Source: Macrostomum lignano (Eukaryota). Taken from it: a stretch of DNA of 64,000 bases. The notes under the pieces are model-generated. The model was not told where the DNA came from. It searched no databases and saw only the letters and a list, made by a program, of their open reading frames with translations. The translations under genes and the position numbers were made by a program. Positions 26,745 through 37,459 of this stretch are shown piece by piece (positions within the stretch are counted from its first letter, which is position 1; the number at the start of each line of letters is the position of its first letter). Where the stretch lies: contig NIVC01000283.1 of NCBI GenBank assembly GCA_002269645.1, positions 496,001-560,000 on the forward strand, written 5' to 3'.

Positions 26745-28589
26745 TTAAATGTGTAATAAACCACTGAAACGAGGAGATACTCTATGGCAAAATCTCCGAG
26801 GCGAGTATCTCCTCGTTTCAGTGGTTTATTTTAATTTAATCAACAGCCTGTAAGCCTCGAGGCAATCTATATTTAGCACGAGTTAATCTCCGGCGGAGAT
26901 TTAAATCTCCGCTTCCTGTATTGTCTATGGTAAAATACTAAGTCTAAATCAAAGAGGACTGATGGTTTAGGAAGAGAGAAGCAAACTGTGAAATAAACAA
27001 GCCACAAATTTTACCAAAATGGAGGAGCTAACCGCTGACGATTTAATGGAAGTGATGCAAACGATTACCAATGAAGAAGCGTCTACAGTGCAAAGCACTA
27101 GCACCAACGTTGACGTCCGGCTTGCCGAATTTAGAGACTCGCGAATTCCAAAAACAACGGCCACAAAGGTTCGTAGCAATTGGAATAAACTGTGCGCTTG
27201 GTATACTGACTGGTGAGTGCGCCAAACTGCTCAGTTGAAAGTTGTGAAGGATATGTTCGAGTGGAGCAAGAAGGAATGGGACTACGTGCTGCAGTGCTTT
27301 CTGCTTAAACTGCGTAAAGACAACGGAGATATGTACCCGCCTGCCACGATCAAAGGTTTTGTCGCCAGTGTACAGTTCCACCTACGTACAAACAAAGTTT
27401 CTGCATGATTGGTCCATCTTCAAGGACAACGAGTTCGTCCTAACCAGGCAGTGCATCGACGCCGCCATGAAATTAAGTGCCAAATCAGGTTTTCATCTTA
27501 CACCAAAGCGAGCGAGGGTAATCGGCCTAGACGAAGAAGTGCAACTCTGGGCAGAGGGACGTTTCGGAATGTCTAATCCGACGCAGCTGGTGAATACCCT
27601 GCTGTACCACTTAGGTCTGCACCTATCGCTCAGAGCGAGTGCTGAACATCGCGCGTTAGAATTCGGTGAGCGATCGCAGCTTGTGCTCGTCAAGGAAAAT
27701 GTCACTGAATGTCTGGTGTACACCGAGCGAATGTCGAAGAACGGGAGAGTTGGTTTGCACAAGGCACACGTTGAGCCGAAAACAACCAGGATCTATTTGA
27801 ATGGCGACCCAGACAAATGTGTCATCACGATGTATAAGACCTACGTTCGTCACCGGCCGGAGCAATTCGGACTCAAGGGTCACTCTGCGTTCTATCTGAC
27901 ACCGATCAAGGCGCCGACATCTGATATATGGTATCGTAGTCAACCAATGGGTGTGCATACGATAGAAAACGTCGTGAAGAATCTGTTCTCTGGCAAGCAG
28001 ATTGTAGCCGGCAGTACGACCGGACCTATCACGAACAGTAGTCTGCGTCGGACCTGCAAGACTAGGTTGGTGGAAGGCGGCATCAGTAAGGAAATAGCAA
28101 GCCAGAAGACTGGAAGGATTACCGAAAAGGCTGACAGGTCCTACATCGACCTCCGTAAGTCAGAGAATAACATGTCGGCAGTACTATATGGAGAGCCCAC
28201 TGCCGCAGCCAAAACGAGCGGCGTGAGTGAGGTTGCAACAGCAATTGCCAACGGCAACTCCAATATTTCCGGACCGCAGGCTTTGGCTCTAAGTCAACAA
28301 TGGTCCGCCCCTGTACTAACCTTCTACGGGCCAACCACGATCAATTTCAGTTCCCCGACAAACAAGATGCAATAGTGATAGCAATAAAAAGTTGTAGACT
28401 AACGAACTAAAAGAACTATAACTGACTAACTATAACTGACTACCGTTTTAACGTTCAATAAATATACGTGTTCTTGTTTTACTATCAATTTTAAGTTTGT
28501 CTATGTTAGCGGAGTTAACGCTACCAATAATCTCCGCGAGCTTAACACTAGGGACATAGGCAAGGCGAACAGGCAAAGTTGATTAAATG
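26745..28589 (+). mobile_element. CryptonA element with 7-bp terminal direct repeats (TTAAATG) and a 28-bp-stem hairpin
   Basis: TTAAATG at 26745-26751 and 28583-28589. Perfect inverted repeat 26755-26782/26803-26830. ATTTAATCAAC (26834) pairs with GTTGATTAAAT (28578). Contains a DUF3504-type recombinase gene. Confidence 0.75.
27019..28375 (+). pseudogene. CryptonA (DUF3504/KIAA1958-like) tyrosine recombinase, one frameshift at ~27400
   Basis: Motifs FLLKLRKDNGDMYPPATI, LHLSLRASAEHRAL, MSKN, FYLTP…WYRSQPMG, ITNSSLRRT and KTGR…RSY. ORFs 27019-27216, 27217-27408 and 27359-28375 join with one indel. Confidence 0.92.
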
Positions 28590-28715
28590 GGGCAAACGCG
28601 TCAGTAACTTGATAGTCTATGGCTGTCTTCCATGCATTTAAATGGGGCAGAGTCATCAGTAGTGCTTATGGGGCAAAGTCGTCAGTAATGTTTTAGCTGG
28701 GGCAGACGCGTCAGT
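28588..28715 (+). repeat. Four direct 18-bp repeats, consensus TGGGGCARASKCRTCAGT
   Basis: Copies at 28588-28605, 28643-28660, 28669-28686 and 28698-28715. Confidence 0.9.
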
Positions 28716-28936
28716 TAGATGGTTTTGAAAAGAATAACTACTTATAATCGTATAATCGTTGAATTGATTGATTGACTGCTTTACCTTTCAAATATAAGTT
28801 TTTACCTAAAATACTAAGTGTGGATTTAATATTACTGAGCGGCGGCAGCAGCGATGGAGTCGAGCTGGACAGAAGCCTGTACATATGATTTGCCAGTTAT
28901 TAATTGGATCACCGCATTGTGTGCTGTCGTAACAGA

Positions 28937-31197
28937 ATGTCTTCTTGGCAAGACCAGTTTACGGACAGCGACGACGAGCGCATCGCAGCTGCATTAGATG
29001 AGTACGAGCAAGAGAGAGCCGCTGCTGCCCAGAATACGACTGCAGGCCCCGTGTCTTCTGTCCGCAAGCGGGAAGTTTCCGCCGATGGTATCCCACCTGC
29101 TGGTCAGCCGGCACAGAAACGGCGGAACGCCACGACGGACGACGAAAAATCCGACGACGAGTTCAGTGTGCTGGCGTTTAGTAGAGCTACGCAGCGGCTA
29201 CCACAGCCGACACTGCCGTCACAGTCAACAATGCAGCAGCAGTCATCCGCCTCCTACGAGCTTGATGAGATGGACTCGGACGACCGGGCGGCCCTCAACG
29301 CCATGCTCGACTACGAGGCGTCCATAAGCCCTGCCGTGCCGCAGCAAAAACCGCCGCCGGAACCTGCTGCAGCTGTCGCCAACCCTGCCGAGCTCTCAAC
29401 GCTGCCGAAACCGCCAGCAGTAGCCGCCGAGCTGCATCGTCAACAGCAGCAGCAGCAGCAGCAGCAGAAGCAGACTGAAGGGCAGCGATTAACGCAGCAG
29501 AGGGAGCCGTACTCGCAATGGTCAATGCAGACCATGCCTCTGGCGAGCCAACGACGGACCTGGAACCGGCCTGAAGCTCGAGCCGCCGCCGAGGAGCTTC
29601 GACCGGACGAACTGTCCTCGTTAAGCTACAGCCCGCCGTCATCTGCTGAACAGTTAATTCGAATGCTACAGCGCTCGGAGTCTGGCAGTACCATCAGCAT
29701 CAGCAGCAGCTCCAGCTCCCGACGCAACAGAGGCGCAGCGGCAAACGGTCGAGGCAGAGGCGTCGGCGTCCGACAAATCGGCCAGAATCCGCTGCTGCAG
29801 GCCGACGCGTTCCGCCAACAGTTCACGGTCACTCGATCAGCTAGCCGTTCGCTACCGCTGTATGGTGCCGCTCCGGTACAGCGGCTGGTTGAGGACACCG
29901 GAATACTAACTGTGCGGCGCTATCTGCACGTCTTCCACATCGATAATTTGCGCTTCATCGGTGAGTAGTAGTAGTAGACTACTCTTCTCCCTGCTTAACT
30001 TTATACTTATGCATGCAACGCCACAACAATCCCATGTCAGGCCGTGCAAAGGTGTACTTGGGCGAGGCGCTCGAGCCGCACTGCACCGAGTTGCTATTGG
30101 CGTCCAGTCCGGAACTTAACGTCGGCATGGACGAGTCGTGTGACCGCCGGCTAGTGGAGGACCCGCTGGCTGTCGACGAAGAGCAGCAGCAGCAGCAGCA
30201 GCACCAGCAGCATCGCACCTTGTCGGGCTACATTCGGCTTGTGACCAACACCGCCGGCTGGCACGTTTACGAGCTGCTGCACAGACTGCTGCCGGGATCC
30301 GAGGTGGGCCGAGGTTTCGTGCTCAACAACCTCACAACGCTGACAGTCTGCGGTGTGCGTTCCCCTGATACGATTGTGCGAAGTCTTACGCAGCACGACG
30401 GATACCCGCTCCTGGTCGGCATTGGCGTATCTCAATGCAGCATGCTGGTGCAGGCAACGCGCTGGGTGCTCTCCTACCCGCGGACGGCCAGCCTGCCAAA
30501 TAATACCGATGGCTTTCTGCTAGCTCACCAGCAGATGCGGGCGGCACTCCTTACGATGTTTAAGGATATCCAGCGCCAGCGTCGCATCCGTCAGGAGTGC
30601 CTCCAACGCTGCTCGGCTTGCTCAGAAGCACTGAAGCAGACAATGCGACACCTGAAGCACCGTCAGTGCCCGCTCCGGGTGGCCGTGTGCAATGCCCTAC
30701 TCCGGACATCAGGTGTCGTGTACCTTTACGGGCCATCAGGAGTCGGAAAAACCACGGCCGTTGAGCGCTACTGGGGCCTAGAGCGAGTATTCTGCCCAGC
30801 AATCAAGCCTTTCGGTGGCAACTTCATATTTGATGGGTTCGACATCAACAGGCACTCTGTCATCTTCATTGACGAAATTCGGCCCCAATATTTTGAAGGG
30901 AGTAGTGACCTACAAGCGACGCTACTGCGACTGTTGAATGGGAACTCGTTTCTAATTAACGCGAAGCATCAATCGCATGTGTACATCGACTGGGCGCAAA
31001 GACTCATAGTCCTGGCCGGGCACGCCTCGCCTGAAGAATACAGTCCGGATTTTCAGCGCCGGCTGCGAAACGAGAATAATGTCGCTATAGAAATGGATCA
31101 CGACATTGAAGAATGTCATGGGGAGTGCCAGCCAGTACCTGATGGCGCCTACGCTGCTGACGCCGCCGACGATGAGCCCGACAATGGCATGTACTGA
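28937..31197 (+). CDS. Spliced Rep/NS1-like protein with C-terminal SF3 helicase (~726 aa; intron 29961-30040)
   Basis: Donor ATCG|GTGAGT at 29961 and acceptor ATGTCAG|GC at 30040 join the ORFs in frame. Walker A LYGPSGVGKTT, FIFDGF, Walker B VIFIDE, LLRLLNG…INAKH and arginine finger FQRRL. Preceded by a C-x2-C…H…C cluster. No stops or frameshifts. Confidence 0.85.
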
Positions 31198-32422
31198 TCT
31201 TTTGATCGATCGATCGTTTAATGTTCTGTTTCTTGACTAATAACTTGGCTACTACTACTATTAGAGACTACTCTGGCCTAATAACGGTTCTTTGTTTAAA
31301 AATCAATCAATTCATTTATTCAGCTAGCCAGCCAGTCAGTCAGCTTTTCCCCCCTCCCCCGATATTTTTTCGCATAGTTTAAGGCCTTCTTAAGCCTATT
31401 GTTCCTGTATATTGACTATACAGTTTTCCGTTGACTAAAAACTGCAGGTATGAAGATTTCTTACCTTGTTGATAATAATATTGATCCACAACAATGGACA
31501 ACAGCGATGAGCAGCGGTAGATGATTAACAACAACGGCGGCAGAAGAAAAAAGACGTAAAAAAATCAAATAGCGCGCCAAAGCAGAAAGCTTAGTCTCAA
31601 TAATAAAATCTCTATATAACTATCAATCGTATCAGAAAAAGAAATTAAACGCTAGCTAGCTAGCTGCTGTTAGGGATGCGACTTAAATCTTCCTTGTCTT
31701 TACAGTCGAATACATTAATACTTTATGGCTTTAAGTTTGATTACATCTATAAATAACTGATGCATTTACATAATAAATAATAATATAATAATAATAACAT
31801 TGAACATCTGATCGCGCAATATCAAAAGATGAAAAAATTTATAAACAATGGCTGGCTAACTAACGCATGTCCATCGTACAGTTCATAGTGCGCGCATAAT
31901 TCCCTAAAATAATACGAATAGCTAAATGGATCGAGTCCCTTATAATTTTATAGTTTAATGCGCGCACTGTCAACTGTACGTAATTTTCATGCTCTCGAAC
32001 AATTAACACAGTATAGGCAATGATGAGTATAGCGGTAACAAAAATACGAGCATACAAGCATATCTGATTGCACAAATCGAACGCGTACAGTTTATAGTGC
32101 GTGCACAACTCCTAAAAATATATAAATGTGGAAATTGATTGACATTTGCAAATCTCTTAATTTTTTAGAGTTTTATGCGCGCACTATCGACTGTACTAAT
32201 AATTATATTGCAATACTATAACTGAAAACTATGTCAACAATTAGTACATGCAGAGTCTGTAGCGGTACATAAATAAAAGCACTGCCAAATAAATTAATCA
32301 TTGAAGAACGTATAAAGCGCGCACATTATACGTTATTGTTATTAATTAATTAATCAAGTTAGTGAGAACCTAGCATTCAACGCTGCCCGCGCATCACCTT
32401 AGCCTGCTGCTGCTGCTGCTGC

Positions 32423-32693
32423 TGTTGTTGTTGTTGTTTCGGTGACGCACCCGCGCCACCGGCCGACGTTAGGCCGATTTCCGTCCTCCTCCGGGCTCGG
32501 GTGGGAGGTCCCGGTACCATCTCCACATGGCCAAGGCGTTCTCCTGACTCCTGCTGAGGTCCGACAGCCCGTGCACACCAAACCGGCCCCTAGCTCTCAC
32601 CGTCGCGGCGCACTCACACACATGCTGCACCGTTTCCTCCTCGCACCCGCAGGCCCGGCACATGCCGCTGGTCTCCTTGCCGATCCTCTTCCG
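32423..32693 (-). mobile_element. 5'-truncated non-LTR retrotransposon 3' end with (CAA)5 tail
   Basis: Reads RKRIGKETSGMCRACGCEEETVQHVCEC…ALAMWRWY*, the C-x2-C-x8-H-x3-C Zn knuckle of LINE ORF2 C-termini. A short 3' UTR and a (CAA)n tail follow. Flanked on both sides by (TGC)5-6. Confidence 0.8.
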
Positions 32694-34742
32694 TGCTGCT
32701 GCTGCTGCGAGAATTCAGCTGCATCAGCCCTTCTCCTCCGCCGCTGACGAATTCCGTGCAATATGGAATCAGCACGCTGGGTCGGCCGAATCGCAGCGGA
32801 ATACTCTTCGCCACAGTCGCCGCCACCGCTGCCATTACTGCCAGCGAACATTGCTGCTCGTCGGACAACAAGAGCGGAGGATATTGCCGCAGCAGCGCCG
32901 CCGTCGACGACTGCTGGAGCAGATACTGGGGCGGCAGATGACGATGTTGACGACGACAAAGATGACATTCCCATCGCGGAGCTGTTGCCAACCGCCTGAC
33001 ATGAGCGGACCACGGCGCCCATTTGCAGAGCTCGGTGCGCATTATAACCGTAATTACGGTATACAACTGCAGCAGAGGTGCCGTGGGCGCGTGCAAATGC
33101 GTGCAGCTGCGCAGGCTCCATCGCCAGGACAACGCTGCTCAAGGTCCGGCGCCAGTCTGTCGCTACAATCGCTCTCCTTCGGCGCTGATCATCCGGCTGA
33201 AGGCGCTCTCAGTGTAAACCCGGCCGAAGATGTCCAGAAACACCGTGGACACCTCGACCGCAGGAGCAGCAACTCCGCGCGCAGCCAGGCTCGGCTGGAT
33301 ATAGCAGTCGTGCAGGCGCAGCAGGGCGTCGCAAAACGTATCCGACAGCACCATGGTAGCCGGCTCGCCATTGTGCCCGGCCTTGTGCGGAACCTCTGTC
33401 AGCGGCATCACCAGGTGCGAGTGACCCTCCAGATCGGACTCCGTGGCGCTGATCGAGGTGTCCCGAAACAGCTGATCCATGTCGTCAGCTGCCCGGTGTC
33501 GCACCCTACGGTCCAGCAGATGCTGTCGCCGCAGATAGATCCACGGCAGGAGTCGCACTGGCTGTTCGACACTGCAGAAGAACAAGCACTCCTGCACGAT
33601 GCGGCGGACACAGGCCACCTTGGCGCATAAGTTCTCATCGCCGGCGTCTGCGTGGTCGTCGGCGGCGGCGGCGCTCAGGTTGCCAGTCTCCGGCAGTCTC
33701 TGCCAACTGTGCTCGAAGAGCATCTTAAAGAAGCGGTCGCGCCGGTCGAAGATGGCGCCGACCTCGCTCCGCTTAACGTAGCTGGCCATGTAGGTCATCT
33801 GACGACCGTGATGGCCCAGCTTGTTCAGCTGTTCCTGCAGGGAGCGGATGGCGGCAAACTCGCCCTTGGCCTCGTTCAGCAACGAAAGCAAGCGTGAGAC
33901 TGTCAGCTGCCTGGCAGCCAGCGAATCCTTACAGCAGTCGTCACCGCCGCCGCCATCATCTTTGCTGCTATTTTTTCCCTCGCTCAAAATTTCTGACTGG
34001 CGCAGCCCGATTGCGTCGAGCACCTTTTGGAAACAACGGTTGCCGCGCACATTCAGCCAGCCCTCCAAACACAGAAAAATCGACACCATCTCTTGGCACT
34101 TGCGGCCGGCTGTTGAAGGTGCCAACTTTAACTCCTGGGCGACAACCTCAAGCCCGGAGACACTGGCGACGAGGTCGGGTCGCAGCACTAAGTCGGCCAG
34201 AGTCAGCTGCTTCCGAAGCCAGAGCCGTTCCAGCGTGGCGCCAACAGAGCAGCAAATTTTCTGCCAGCGACGGCTGTGGCTCTGGTTGGCAGAGACGTGC
34301 AGTTTAACTGGTGCGGACCACCAGAGTGCTGTCAATCGACCAAGCATGGCATCAATGGACGGTCGATCTGCTGCTACTCCAAGGGCCACCTTTCTGGCGG
34401 GGTGCTCTTTCGGTGGTAAAGGTTCCAGCCTGAAATAGCGTCGGTGCTGTCCTCCTGGTTGCAGCGTTTTTCCGTTTTTCCTTTGTTCTATCTCGCCTTC
34501 TTTCTGCGAGGAAGCAGCAGCAGCATAATCAGAGTCACCAACCTCAGGACTAGTCGGCTGCTGCAACTCGGGCGCCGCTATTTCCAGTGGTTTAGACGCA
34601 ACGACGGCACTTAGGTCGGAAGCTTTGTCGTTCAACTGAATGCAATCAGTAGTCGGCTGCTGCTGCGGCGACACAGGTATTAAACTGCTGCAGGCTGCTC
34701 GTCCCATTGAATCTGCAGCAACCATCAGACGATCGTAGATCG

Positions 34743-35125
34743 CCCCGTCGTCGTAATATTCTGCTGATGCTCTTAACGCAGCAGACCTCATTGCCCCGTC
34801 GTCGCCATCCTCTGCTGATGCTCTTAACGCAGCAGACCTCATTGCCCCGTCATCGCCATCCTCTGCTGATGCTCTTAACGCAGCAGACCTCATTGCCCCG
34901 TCGTCGCCATCCTCTGCTGATGCTCTTAACGCAGCAGACCTCATTGCCCCGTCGTCGCCATCCTCTGCTGATGCTCTTAACGCAGCAGACCTCATTGCCC
35001 CGTCGTCGCCATCCTCTGCTGATGCTCTTAACGCAGCAGACCTCATTGCCCCGTCGTCGCCATCCTCTGCTGATGCTCTTAACGCAGCAGACCTCATTGC
35101 CCCGTCGTCGCCATCCTCTGCTGAT
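34743..35125 (-). repeat. In-frame 51-bp VNTR (SAEDGDDGAMRSAALRA x7 plus a partial copy) within the recombinase
   Basis: Near-identical tandem copies read directly; the frame is preserved. Confidence 0.97.
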
Positions 35126-37459
35126 GATGTCACCGCAGCAGACTGATGCTCGGTTGTCACTGGCCGATGGACAGATAATGGGCATAGATGAGCTCGCAGT
35201 CGGCGGCGTGACTGTCCGCAGGCGGAACAAACGCCTATCACTTCTAGGCGATGACTGGCCTTGGTGCTGCGGCTGCATTTGATTGCCAGCCAGATCATGT
35301 CTTGCCGCTGTTTGGTAGTTGCGGCCGCCCATTCGTTCTCTGTTGGCCGCATCCGCTCCGGCATATCACTAACTTTGAACGATATATTTCTCGTGCCGGT
35401 TTTTGTAGTGCCTCTTTAGATTTCCACCGGGCACGCACTCACAGCACAATGGGCAGACGGAGCTTCTTCTTCCAGAGGGCATCTTTCTCTAATAATTATT
35501 ACAAATCAAAGGATACAGTGTTGGAAAAAATACCCGGTCCCCATCCAGCATATATATATATATGTAGAGATATGTAGAGATAGGAGCTTCATATTTAAAG
35601 CATTCTCCCTTAACCCGCCTCCTCATATTTCATTGATAGCAAGCTTATTGGCTTTCAGCTCAGTCAAGTGATCACTATTAAACGATTGACTTAATAACTA
35701 TTGGTTAAATCAACTGCAGGTCTGGGCTTGGCTGGCTGGCTGGCTGGCTTGTACTCTTCTGACTGAGTAATTTGATGCTTTTTACCATAGACTAAAGTTT
35801 ACGGTCTAGCCCTCACTAGTGGAATTTTCCGTAGTTTCTTTTAACCATAGACTGCTGCAGACCTGTCCGCTTGGGTTTATAAAACTCAGTCAGTCCCTTC
35901 CCTCCGTCAAACTGCAAGCATCAGCGCCCCAGCCTAGCCTACAGTTTCTACAGCTTTTCGAGTAAGTTACATTCATATCTGCTGCTCTGTGCATTATTCT
36001 ATTACGAAAACAATCAGCTTTCACTACAGGGCCCTTACAGGTGCTGCAGTTACAGGTGGAGCAGCAGCCTCTCCCTCTCTCTGATATAATATATACCCCT
36101 TTGTAATTAATTTGAACATGCAGCTTTTCTAACATTTTCTATTCGCACTTAACTGCTGCTATGCCTCTAATCAGTATACATATAGTATTGGAGCGAAATA
36201 ATAAACGTGTCAATAATCAGACTGTTGTCAATCAATCAATCCATCGCTTTACACCAAAAGCATGGAACCTGTACTGTACGTATACATACACCGCTGCTCT
36301 GATTCGCTGCAATATCAACACAGAGAGTGAATTCGTGTGTTCGTGCGATTATAGCGCAAAAACCATAGACTTGTTATTATCAGCTAAGCGAATTGCATAA
36401 ACTGATGCTGCCAATCTAAAAATAGCCACAACTGGCTAGCTTATACTTGGTGGAATTTCGTGTTTCATTTCTTGTTATTAAAGAGGCCGGATGAAAATGT
36501 TTGATTTCTGAAAAAAAGCTCGATTCATTAAAAAACGCTGTTGCTTCCGGTTGCTTCTGCGCTTGGAAATATAAAACTGAATAATAAGTGTTTTTTCGCG
36601 CCTCTGCAGCTTTTGATGTGGCTCAAATGAGCCTAGGGAAACCGGATAAGAACCGGATAATTAGGAAAGTAGTATAACAAAATTTGTGGAATTCCGTATG
36701 CCTTGCAGGGCAAGACTACCACGCGAAAAATTGTGGTATGATTTAGTTCGTCTAATAAAGGATAGTATAAACTTTCCTTCATACTGTGACTTGACATTTT
36801 GCATTCGTTCTGGGGCGATTGTCTTTTCGAAGTATCGCAATATGATGCCATCCTATTGCATCAGTAATAGCTAGAAAATAAAGGTAGAAGGAATTAAATC
36901 TTATATATCGAGTCTAGCTGCTTAGCTTTATAAATTGATGATATAATAATTTGATAACTAGGTAAATTCAAAAGTTTTTGTGCTGATAAAAGTAAAATAT
37001 TTGTTAAAACAAATTAGACCAGCCGTAGAACAAAAGACAACGTGTATAACATTTACCGACCGATATTTCGACCGATATTTTAGTGTACTAAAACAAAATT
37101 TACAGCAACTAGATTTTCCAATTTTTTCTGCTAAAATTACTATTACAAACAAATTATTTTTGTTTTTTATTATTTAGTAATCATAAAAAACAATCAAAAA
37201 ACAATTATTTCAGGCCATATTTACGTATCATAAAATGCAGCTCATCTTTTATGAGGACTTGAATTTCAACACTAAAATACCATAAAAGTAACAAATAATT
37301 TTTTTTTTCAATCACTCCACCTTCAAATTAACTGCTGAAGTCAGAATAGTGCATGAACTAAAAAGACAAAGCTTTAACAGTTCTTGTTAAACATTAGAAC
37401 GCAACATAATAAAATGTTTTCATAGTACGAGATATTAGCTGCAAGAATAGGCCAAATTC

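Larger units (their letters stand above)
32377..35364 (-). pseudogene. Large tyrosine recombinase (non-CryptonA type) with N-terminal Zn finger; one frameshift (~33170) and a LINE insertion near the 3' end
   Basis: EQPVRLLPWIYL (catalytic R), EVPHKAGHNGEPATMVL (K), VFLDIFGR, then after the frameshift IVATDWRRTL (R) and AHGTSAAVVYRNY (H…Y). N-terminal CSACGQSRRRLRAHLCPLSVH. Removing the insert restores …EFSQQQQQAKVMRGQR* ending at 32377. Confidence 0.8.

Noticed and set aside
28760-31314. 14-bp inverted repeat TGAATTGATTGATT / AATCAATCAATTCA bracketing the helicase gene
   Set aside because: Mostly an (AATC)n simple motif that also occurs at ~11650, 36228 and 40059, so it is not reliable as a TIR.
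32662-33630. Long + strand ORFs (322 aa and others) overlapping the recombinase
   Set aside because: Antisense shadows of a GC-rich coding strand with no recognisable motif; not a capsid candidate on present evidence.
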